This document shows, one piece after another, positions 11,785-23,700 of a stretch of 64,000 nucleotides of DNA. Origin of the DNA: Lingula anatina (Eukaryota; Animalia; Brachiopoda); contig CM120641.1 of assembly GCA_051362555.1 (NCBI GenBank), forward strand, positions 10,168,001 to 10,232,000. The letters run 5' to 3'. How positions within the stretch are numbered: position 1 is the stretch's first letter; each line of letters begins with the position of its first letter. Made by a program: the position numbers and the translations under genes. The notes beneath the pieces are model-generated. The model saw only the letters and a program-made list of their open reading frames with translations, made no database searches and was not told the origin of the DNA.

Positions 11785-14700
11785 CTATAATACAGAGGTT
11801 ATCATATATTTCCGGTAACATGCTATGAAAAAATTAATATCATTTATTTACTATCCGGTGAGATAACATCCTACACTTAATTTCATTTTATCAACAACAC
11901 TACTTTTTAAAAAAAAATTCAGAGCAAGGGCAGGCAATAATCACTGCAAATTCTTAACTACTGCAAAACCAAATAAAGAACAGTCATAGTTATGATGTAA
12001 GTGCACATTTATAAGTGCACCAAATAAGTGATACATATGGAATAAAATTGGAGTCAACAAAAGAATAGCTACCTGGCAAAGATGACTTTCTATCCTGACC
12101 AAGTTTTTGTGGAGTGTTAACATTGGCATCTCCTTGTGCATTGGACTTTACATCGTTGCTGCTGCTGCCATCTTTGTCCTTTTTCCAAAGACTGGAAATC
12201 TTACTTGTGGCTTGCTTTTTCCCAGGCGTGCCCTTACTGGTCTGTGTGGAACCCAAAGCCCCTTTACCAGATTGTGTGGAAGTGCCTTTTCCTGGGGTGC
12301 CTGGTGTGGTCTTCCCAGGGGTACCTTTATTTGGTGTGCTTGGCCCAGGGTTCTGTGGGGTACGGCGCCCAGTGGGGGTGACACGTCCTGTGGGTGTGGT
12401 CCTCCCAGTTGGGGTAGAAGACCTGGCAGCAGTGCCACCTTTCTTTAAACTTGCGCTGCTATCTGATTTCTTTAAATTGCTGTTTGCTTTTGTCAAATTA
12501 CTAGAGCTGGGTCGACTTATTTGAGATCCACTGTTGGTACGGTGAATAGAGCCATTGCTTTTATTCAAAGATGCACCACTCCCTGTTTTAACCAGGCTAC
12601 CACTGCTGCCTTTATTGAGGCTGGAGTTGCTGTTGTTTCTGTTAGACCCACTGCTTCCCCTCCTTGCAGCTGCTGCTGCTGTTGTTGTTGTTGTTGACTG
12701 GCTGCCAGTTTTCTGCACTGGGGTCTGTTTGTAAGGAGAGTCAACTTTAGGGTCAATGGAGTGGTCTACAACAAAATTAAATGATCCAAGTGCTTTCGAC
12801 CAAGGTTCAGGTGGACTGTTTCTCTGTGGTGGGCTCCCATTGGTAGTCTTCTTATTATTTCCTTTGGGTGTGGCACCTGCTGTTTTCGCCTGCTTATCTA
12901 CTGGTGGAGTTGCTCGTCCTCTTGCTTTACTATCACCAATATTGGGAGCATTGGGTATCTTTGTGTTTTCCTTGGTAAATGTGCCTTGTTTGATTAGTAC
13001 AGGTTTTGGTTCTAAAAGGAGACTTCTGGATCTGGTTTCTAGTTTGTGTGGTGTTCCTGAAGCTTGGGAGGTGTTGTTCTGGGTAGAGGAAATAGAAGGA
13101 CTGGGTATAGATCTTGGCATCCTCAAATTGCTCCTATTTTCAGAGACTGGTGCTGCTGCAACTTCAGCTGCACCCTGAGAAGGGGAAACATAGGATTTTG
13201 CTGTAGCTTTCTTGTTTTCAATAGCATCTGCTGCTTTACCTGTTGTTGCCGTTCTACCAGCAGTGATAACCCTTGGTGGTGGAGGTGGAGCAACCTTCTT
13301 TCCTGCTTGTCCAGTACCAGTAGTACTTGATACCCTCGAAGATGCAACTACACCCTTACTATACAAGGGCTTTCTTTTCCCTCTTATGCCTTTCATTTCT
13401 TCTTCCTTTTCTTTCTCTCTCTGTGCTAGAACAGATTCCTTACTACCAGGTTTAACTATTCTAGGTTTTCTTTGCATGGCTGCAGCACCCTGTTGAGAGG
13501 AAGATTGGGAGTTTGTGGTGGTGCGGTCACTCATGTGTTCAGAGCCCGAGAGGCTGGCTGAGACTTCTGAGGCTGTATCAGAGGCCACATCATTGGAGAC
13601 CAAAGATATGGTTTCATTTTCAATAAACATATCTTCATCCACTGTGCTGCTGGTCATCATGCTACTGGTAGTGTCCCTGACAAAAGAGAGTTCTGATAAA
13701 ATTATGTTGGCATTTTCTTCAAGAATTTTCTCCTCTTCTGGAGATATTTCGCTGGCAGGTAGAGTTTGTTCAGCTTCTTTAACAGTTTCTCCAGATAAGT
13801 TGCTGTCTGTAAAATCTCCACTGATTCTATTGTAGTTTTCATTTCCATTGATGACATTCTCAGCTTCTTCAATCAGATCATTACTGAAAGTATCCTCAGC
13901 CTGTCCCTCTCTGTGGTAACTAGTAGGGTACGTGCCTGGCTCATCATATTTGTCAATATCATAAGGACTGGCATCAATGTCAATAATTTCAATATCATCC
14001 ATTGTTTCCAAGGTGGCTTCAAAGGCATCTTCTTCTGTGCAAATCTCTGATCTGCTCTCACTTGTGGTGTCCAAGTTGATTTCTTCGGAGTCTACTTCTG
14101 TGATCTCTATTTCATAAGTGTCTGGATCTATCTCCTCTGTGTCCAGTCCCATGTGTCCAGATTTTGTACTGTCCAGTTTCTCTTCACTTTCACACGATGC
14201 TTGGCTACTGGTGCTTTCAAGTCTCACATAACATGGCGGTTGCAACCTTGAGGCCTTGCTCATCCTTTCTTCCATCTCCCTATTATCCACAGGCCTGTTG
14301 TCCAGGCATACAGTCTCACCTGTTGCCTCGAAAACAGTCCCACATTCGTCCTCTACAAATTTATATTTGTTTTCCCTCTCTTCTAAATCAGTCTGACTTT
14401 TACTCATATTTTCCTCAAGGTCGCGATTGTCTAAAAAATCGTTCTGACGGTTTTCATTCAGGGCTACTGTTTCTCCAGACACGGTCGAGCTGCTAAGAGA
14501 TGACTCATTGAGACTCAAATCCCTAGATTTCATCGTAAGTTCATCTACAGATGTCAGCGACTGCACCATATTGGAGTACTCCTTTTCTTTCTTTTGGCTA
14601 CTAAATCCATCACTGTCCTGAGAGCGGGTTCTCCTCCAACCAAATCTTGATGGTGGTGGAGGTTGTATGTCATTTTGGGAGCTGGACTTTTTTGGCTTCA

Positions 14701-17700
14701 TCTCATCGCTGGATTTGTGAGGTGCTTTGCGCCATGTGTTAGCTCTACTGGCATTATTGTTATTATTGTTGTTGCTGTTTTCTCCCAAGTCACTGGGTGC
14801 TCCACCAACAGCTCCAACCCCTTCCAGAACTGGGAAATGGGACGGTTCCTGTTCAACCCGATTGTCAGTATGTCTAATTGTATTCATTACCTCCTTTTTA
14901 GGGCCTTTATCACTTTCCTTTTTTTCTTCCTTTCTTTCAATTTTCTTTGCTTTCCCATCAGTAGGTGATGCTTTCTTACTACTAGGGGCACTGGACCCAC
15001 TGGGACTGGCCCTTTGTGGCTTGGCAGCACTGGACTTATTATCACTGGACTTAGAGCTGGATTTCTTTGTGGGCATGGCTGAGCTGATACACTGGTCTAA
15101 CAGAGCCTGGTCAGTGAGGGACTCCACACTGAGAGAGCTAAGGGAGCTGTTACGAGAAAAACACATTGGGGTATCCTCCACCTTGAATGAGGACTCCATA
15201 TCTTTGGCATTTTCCTCTAAATCCTCAACTTTTTTTTCAGCACCATGTTCCTTATTAGACTTATCATTGAGGTCATCCACCTTACTTTCCTGGTCATCAC
15301 TATACAGGGAACTGAGAGAAGAATTCCTGGAGAAACACATTGGAGTTCCCTCCACGGCGAAGGTCATGACCTGGTCGCCTTGAGAAGATCTTCTGCTGCT
15401 GTTTCTGCTCCAATCTTTGTTAATATTGGGACCAGCACTTTGACCTGGAATCTTTGACTGAATGGGAGGTTTGTTATAGTACGATCTAGGTGACTGGGTG
15501 TTCACAGAGGTTGGGGCATTTCCAATGGGTCCCCTCCTAGGACTGTGCGATGCAGACCTGGGTTGTGGTATCCCCCTGCCTCTTGGAGTAGGAATCCCCC
15601 TACTGGATCTGTAGTGATTCTGTAGATGGGAAACTCTTTCATTCCTCAACTGTGACTTATCATGTGCTAAATCCACATCTTCATCACAACTCAAAGAACT
15701 CAGGGAGTCATTCCTCGAAAACGAAAGTGGAGTGCCTTCCACTCCAAAAGGCCTGGGTGAGTCATACGAGGCACTCTGGGCAAACACTGCATCATCCTCG
15801 TGTCCTGTTGCCATCAAAGTGGGTATATTTCTGTTATTTACCATTGGGTCTGTCACATCCTCTCTCCTATATGAATCACTATTCAAGGGTTTCCTGGATT
15901 CATCCATCATATCATCATATGTCAGGTCACTCAGAGAAGTGGCCGTGGAGAAATTCAATGGCGTCCCTTCAGTCATGAACATCTTTGTTTGATCAGCACT
16001 AAAATGGTGAGCTGAGTTTTCTGAAGATGTCCTCATTGGTTGAAATGGAAGTATATTTCCTGTATTTAGGTTGGGTACACTTGTTGGGTACTGAGCTACA
16101 TTACTGGATCTGTCATTTCTTGTTGGAAGTTTGGAAGTAGTGTGCTTTTGGTCATTACCACTTTTGCTGTCAGAACCATCTACACCCCTCTCCTCCTTAC
16201 TATTTTTGCTTTTCTTTGATGGCTTATTGCTCTTTGGCATAGCAGCCTGGATCATGCTAGAAAGAAGCTCTTCACCTGGAAGAATAAAAGGTGAAAATAT
16301 CATGAAATCATCCCGAAATGCAAAAACCATACTTTCATGTGCATCAATGTGAGTCCCTTTAAAAGCCCTTTTAGCATAACAGATCCCACATGGCTTATTA
16401 TAAACAGAAAACAGACTACAAAATACTAGTACTGCAGAGGATTATACTTAGACAGCAGGGGCATGCAGCAAAGTGAATGTAAATCTCTGTGACCCAAGCA
16501 CAAACAGCATTACTATATAAATGCTACTCTGCCTTTTTTCAGACGTTATTTCCCATTTCAATGAACCACAACCAGAGCCTATTAACCCAACTTGTGCCGC
16601 ACAAGTCTGTCAAAAGTGTTATGTGCTGTTTAAGCTTATTTCAGGATGGGGTTTTCTAAAAGAGCACTTGTGCACCAGGTCTGATTTATGAGCATAGAAG
16701 TATAGGAAACAAAGTTAATGAACTGTGCAGCAGGGGGCAAGAATAAATCGGCATGGTTTGGTTTCAAGTAAGCAAGCAAACTAACATTGTATGGAAAAGG
16801 CTCATTATAAGCAGGAAAACCCTCTTTTTAAACTACCCCTTTATTTCGATGGTTAGTGTTACTTTTTTCCTCTAGTGTGACATCAGCCAATATTTTATAA
16901 AACCTGTTACAAACTGGGCAAGAAAAGTGAAACATTTGTAGTGTTTTAAAGTCATATTAAATAGTTCCCAGTCAATAAACATTTTACTACATAGAGAGAA
17001 CCCAGCTTGGGCATATCTTTGTGATATTTACCATCTTCGCATAATGAGCTTGTGTCAGACTGGGCCTCTTGTTCTTGTCCATCTGGGTTTTGGGGAGGTG
17101 GAAGAGGTTCATCATTTGATACACGCTCTATATTCTTCTGTGTCTGAGCCCCTGGTTTCTGCTGTACTTTGATTTTCTTCTTTTCCTTCGTAATCATCTC
17201 AGACATCACACTGAGGTCGCTCAAGGAGCCTGCATTAGAGAAGTTGAGTGGAGTTCCTTCTGTGGCATAGCACTGGACCGTGTCCTGACTGTAGTCTGAG
17301 GACATGTGACCCATCATTGGCACGGTGCCAGAACGTGGAACATTCACTGCTGAAGCAGGTGGAATACCCTCTGCACTAACTGACATAGGGTTGTTAGACT
17401 TGGGAGGAGCAGTGGTGTTTTTGCTCTTCACTGGCAACTGAATATTGTTGCGTTTGGTGAGCACTGCCTTATTGTGCTTGATTGCATTATCAGAGCTGCT
17501 TTTCTTCATCTTTTTCTTGGAATTGTTAGGCATAGCAGACGTAATACATTGCAAAAGTAAATCTTCCTCTCCTTCTGATACAGAAGAGTTCCCATCATCC
17601 TCTTTCCCATCTGGCACATTGTCTGCCAAAAGTTTTGCAGGATTCTCTGGGACTTTGTCACTTTTTTCTTCCTCATTTTGAGACTGTTGTCTCTGCAAAC

Positions 17701-20700
17701 TCTCTTGTTCTTTTGCAGTTTGCTGCTGCTGATACTGTTGCTGCTGAAGTTGTCTTTGGTGATTTTGCTGCGTTTGCAGTTGCTGTACCTGACGCTGCTG
17801 TGGCTGAACATTCATTGGTTGTCTTGGAGCTACTTCAATATCAAACCTTTTATTTCTTAAATCGGGATCTTTCCTGATCTTTGGCTCATCCTCAAATGTC
17901 AATGCACTCAAGCTACTAGTAGTGGAGAAGTTGTTTGGTGACCCCTCAGTAGCATAGGATATTGGAGCATCAGTGAAAACCTTTGGAGTACTAACAGTGG
18001 AGGAAGAATCGTCTTTCTCTTCTGGAAGATTAGGAAGAGTGGCCTTGGGGGGTCTGGCGTGACCATTTCTGCCCTTTAAATCCTTGGTGTCATTGTTATT
18101 GAATTTTGCAGGTGACTCGCTCCTTCTTGGTGTTGGTGGCATGGTTTCACTGGGAGAGTCTGGCAGATCACTGGGAGAGACCACTTCACTGGCACGCCTA
18201 CTGTAATCACTCATTACTGAACTGTGTACTGAGTGGACATCAAAACTGTCTAAAGAACCAAGAGAACTGCACCTTGAAAACATCAGAGGAGTCTCCTGTA
18301 CTTGGTTGTTATCATCAAAGGTAACACTTTTTGCTCTCTCCGAAGCCAAGGACGTGTTTGCACTCTCTGCACCACCTCCCACTTCTCTAGACTGATGATG
18401 TTGTTGCTGTTGTTGTTGAAGTTGTAAATGATGTTGTTGCTGATGGTGCTGTTGTTGAACTCTATAATTCTGCTGTGGGAATTTCCCTTGCTCATCAAGT
18501 GTGGGTGGCTGCACTTCGTGAATTGTGTTAAGTGGTGCCCCCTGCTGTTCATGCAGCTGGTGAACATCTCGGTGATCTTTTTCAGCGTCGTTGCTATTCA
18601 AACTGCTCAGAGAACTGACCCTGGAGAAGCAGGTAGGCGTGTCTTCCACACAAAATTGTCTCGTCTTCTCCAGAGGACTATGTGGATTATGTGCATCGTC
18701 ATTATAGAAGGACTCATACTGGTGCTCTTTTACTTCATCCTCTGGACTTTTCTGCTTTGGAGCAGTATCCTGCATTGCACTTACTACTGTGGACCCAGTC
18801 CTGTGTTCACTGCTGGCTGTGCCAGAGCCGCTCAGATGCTCAGATTCTGAGTACTTAGCAGCAAAGTTTTTAGCTTCATCAGAGGCATGTTCTGACAGAG
18901 ACTCTTGTGGGGCACTCTGGTTGTTTAGGTCCAAGTGGGCCACCCTCCCAGTCAAGTCATTCATAGAAGTGGCCGTCGAGAGGAAATTCAGTGGTGTGCC
19001 TTCAGTGTAAAAGGTAGTGACTTCGTCATCGTGCATTCCAGGTAAGTTATCCTCCATGTAAGCATTTCCCCCTGACCCCCCACGAATAGGCCTGTGACCT
19101 CCAGCAAGCTGGATTTCCCCTTCAGCATACTGTCCCTGTGCAGCATAGTTGGTGGGCTGCTCCTCCTGTGCCTCTGGGAAACGAAGACTGAAATTTGTTG
19201 GCTGGTCATTATCCAGATCTGTTTCAGCGTAACCTGTGTAATTACCAGGAGGATAGGGTGCGCCACTGTCTGGCTTGTTGTTATCATACCGCTGCCTGGC
19301 AGCTGTGGGTGGGCGTATGGCATTGTAAATAATGTTAGGTTTTCTTTGAGCATATGGTGAGGAAACTGCCACATAGTTCCCAACTTTTGGCACAGGGGGC
19401 CTCCCATACATTACTGGAGCCTGTGGATGATGATGAGGATGTTGATGATGGTGTGGCAATTGTGGCCTGGGATGACTGTTCATTAAACTAGCCTCAGAGT
19501 ATTTCAAGCTATAGTTGATGGCCTGGTCATGACTAGGACCTCCATCATACAGGTTGACACTGTTGGCAAGCTGATTGTGTTTGTCAGGGTGCAGCTTCTT
19601 GCCATCAACAGGTCCATTAGTCACTACATGGGGATTGGTTGAAGAACCATCTGGTCTGTGGCGATGGGCACTGCCTTGTGTGTAAACAGGCAACCGACTG
19701 ACATGACCCCCTGTAGAGGATGCTGCTGCAGAGTTTGGCCAGCTGTTTTGAGTGGGTTGAGATGGCTGCTGATGCTGCTGGTTCGGGGGGTCCTTCCCTC
19801 CAGGTAGTCCAGCAGCCTGGGCAACCTCTTGCATTACCTGCATGATGCGACTGTTGGGTGGGATCCCACCAGGTGCACCCCCATCCCTGCTGTCTGCATG
19901 GGGCTGTTGTTGCACTTGCTGTAAATTATGCATATTGTGAAGCAACCCAGGATCTCTCTTTGGTGACATTGCATTCAAAATCTGGTGTTGCTGATGCTGA
20001 TGTTGTTGTCTCTCATTTACCAGTTTTGTGCTTTTAGTCAACATATTCTGAACACGAGACTGTTCATGGGGAGGCAGCGGATCATTTTGTCCACCACCTA
20101 CACTGTCATTGCTCCCAGAATGAGTCACTTCTCTGTGTGATGTCACGTGATATTTGCCCTCCATGAGAGTAGAGGCGTCAGTGCTGCCCCTGGGTTGCAC
20201 ATAGTTCTTAAGCCTGCCGCGGCTGTCCGAGTCATTAGTTTGTTGCAAGCCACAGCCATCTCCTGTGTAGAGATATTTGGGCCCGTTCTGTTCTCGTTGT
20301 TTTCTAGTTTCCGTAGGGCTTCGTTGCGGGCTGTCAAGATTGTCACAAGTTTCAGCTAATGCCTGATCCAGTTCCGCCTCCAAGGCCCGTTGCTTTCGAA
20401 TCTGCAAAGTAGGCATGTTGGTTTTTTGTTTACTGTCATCATCCATGTTAGACACAGAGGGTTTTGCAGAAAGCAAGTTTTTCAAGGCGGCAGCACTTCC
20501 CATTGAAATCATTTTGTGTTTGGAGTGCACCAAGTTCCTCAGCATGTTCACAGCACCCATGTCCCACAGACCTTGCTGGTCCTTGGTGTTCCGTGCAGAG
20601 ATATTCCATAGCGTGCCACAGGCGTTACTGACGATTGTCAAACTAGGAGATCGTAAGTGTTTTAACAATATCTGAAGACAGTTGTGATCACGCAGCACCT

Positions 20701-23700
20701 GTCTGTAGTCCTCTCTCACAGCTATGTGACTTGAGACATTTCGTAAAATGCCACCTCCGTTTTCAATAATTGAAAGTGTCTTAGAGGGACTTTTGTAAGT
20801 TAGAGTACTGACTAAAAAAGCCAATGCATTTTCCACTTGGCAAATATCAGCCTTGTTTTCACTGCAGTGTGCTGATAAATTCCATAATGCACTCAGAATG
20901 CTTTTTAAAGTAGATTCTTTTTTCACCCTCAAGGCAGCTTTTGTGAGGACAGTCACACTCCCAACCTCACGGAGGTGTTTTTTACTTTGTAAGTCTGCTC
21001 TCCAGGACAGATTCCTCAGAACACTAGCAGCAACCTGTGCCAAGTCTTCATTTTGAGATTCCAGTTGATAGACCAAGGCTTGGAGACATGATTTCATGGA
21101 ACACAACAATGCCTTGTTTGTTCCGTCACCAAAGGTGAGATTTGTGAGAGCCATGCATGCGTAACGGCGCATGGTAATACTGTACTGGTCTGTCGTGTTG
21201 CCATGCGTTTCATGATCCACTTGTAAGAGTTCTGCGATGGCTTGAAGGCCACCTGAAAACATAGTAAAAAGCACACATTACTGAACAGCAAAACTACTGT
21301 AACATAATCACTGGTAATCTATAAAGCCATTGTGTGTTTAGCTCCTTTACCAGCATTTATACTTCTGCAAATAAAATACACACAAAAAATCTCTATTACT
21401 GTACACATAAAATGAATTTGAAACTCATAAAAACATATTAGTTCTTCATTATCTGTACTTACCTAGTGTACATATGGCATGTCTGTGTTCTTCATCAAAA
21501 GAGAGCTTCATCAAAGCTGCTATGGCAGGGCCAGGATGGTGGTCGAAGTCTGAGGGACGAGCACCTGTGGACAATGTAAGATCTTGTAAGTTACAGTGAC
21601 ATTTACATATTGCAAAACTGTATATAACTTAATCTGTGTATGCACACAATACTGTGTAATGCTGACTTGGCCAATCATAATCAGAAATGCACATATCTAA
21701 CTTGCTTTACTGTTGTCTATTAACAATGACACTTCAATACACTTACATGAAAAAATCTCAATAATCAGTATTAACTAATAACCAAATGTCGAATTCTTTT
21801 ATTCATCAGGATATCAAACTGTCACCAGGGTCACCTTTCTCACCTCCACCATTCACTTTAGTCTTCTGACCTTTTTCTTCCTCTTCCGAATCTCCCCGCA
21901 GCTGATCACAGTGAGCTCGGATCTGTTCCAGCAACCGTAGCACCCTGGCCTCCCGGCGCCCTCTTTTATCATCTGGATGCGAGTGAACAATGTTGTGCAG
22001 GGCTGCAGCAGCTCTTGCCCTGGCCGCCTTGCTGCCCCTGGTGTTGCCTAGCAACCCGGCATCCTTATCACTGCCATGGAGTAGGGAGACTAACAGTGGA
22101 AGGCAACCTGGAAACACAGCCAAATAATGGGCATTAAGACAAAAACTATGTCATTAGACAATTAATTCAATTAAGTTATTTTCTTCTCCCTTTACAACAT
22201 CTACACAAAGAAACGAAGACTTATTCAGGTGGTCTTTTGGGGTTTCATTTTTTGTTTGATTAGATCACTGTATTGATTTAAGAAGACTCGCAATGAATTG
22301 AAAACTGATAGAGGACTGTCAAGCAGAATCAGTCTGTATTATATACATATGTAAAAATAGATACCACTATACTCCTGAAGATATATTTTTACTTTGCCCT
22401 TACCTGACTGCCTCATGGCTATACAGCTGTCTGGAGAACTGGACATAGCCAGCAATGTCCTGCTCATGTCATCTTTGTCATGTGTCCCCAGCATAGACAG
22501 CAGAGAATAGACCATCTCCACCTGTAACGAAAACGGCACACAAATTAATCTGAATCCTTTCCCAAAAAGACATGATGGTCATTACAGACATTCTTCTGTT
22601 GATTTTCATGCAACTGTTTTGTAGGATGTGACTAGTATTCCACCTTTTTAAGGCAACCATCAGACTTAATTCACTCGGGTTAATTAGTAATGTGGGTGCT
22701 GTTAATTTTAAAATATTGGATTAAAGAAATAACAAACGGATTTGTTCAGATCACTTGTTTTCAGTGTAAATACTTCTTGACTATGTTACCCAGCTTTCAT
22801 AAATGATAAAAGCATGTCAAATCTTAATATAATGAACAGCCACTTTTTAGATTCACAGACAAGACTATGCTAAGACTATGAAGTAATTCAATCAGAATCA
22901 GTGTGTAACCAACAACAGAGTGATTAATGATGCATACAAATCAAGGAGAGGAAGCCATTTGAGAAGAAAAAGCTTGTGCAAATTCAAACATGGAAAAAAT
23001 ATCACCAACTTCTGCCCACCAACTGAAACTGAACAGCAAAAATCAATATTTTTCATCAGACAACCAAGTCAACCGCACTGATCATATCACAAACTGTGCA
23101 TGTCTGGGATGAAAGACAGCTCTTAGAAGTGAGATAACTGAAGCCGGTGCACAGCTTCTACTAAGTATGTTTTAGTGTTGAAGAATACTCCTTCATTTAT
23201 ACAAAGATGAAGCATAGTTTCACTGTATTGATCTTGCTTTCCAGAATTCTTTAATAGCATATACCTTTTTGTGTACCATATACATTTTCAAATGCCATCT
23301 TGAGTTTCTACGTGACAGAAATAGAGAACTTATTCAAGTCTAGGACAAATACTAAATTTTGAGTGATAAAAACCAATTTAAGACACAATCTTTGTTCATT
23401 TTAAACTAGATCTAAGGACTACAATTACACAAGAGTATTGGTTTAACTGCTACCCACACAGCACAGTTTGATGATACGGTCTGCTAATACAACATCAAGC
23501 TATTCCCACTTCAAACCTGTACAAGATATACCTGTAAGTTACTAGGTTTATCTACTTCACGGAAAAAAGTAGGCGAGGGTGGGATATTCAGATTTTGTAG
23601 CCACCGTTTCCTCTACAATAATGGGAAACATATCATTGAGAAATGTAGGCAGCTAAGAATTAACTCCTTCTAATGATAATGTCTAATTCCTTAAACATAT

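Noticed and set aside
10734-21291. Many plus-strand and alternate-frame ORFs (up to 218 aa) overlapping the giant APC exons
   Set aside because: Shadow ORFs of low-complexity Ser/Gln/Lys-rich coding sequence.
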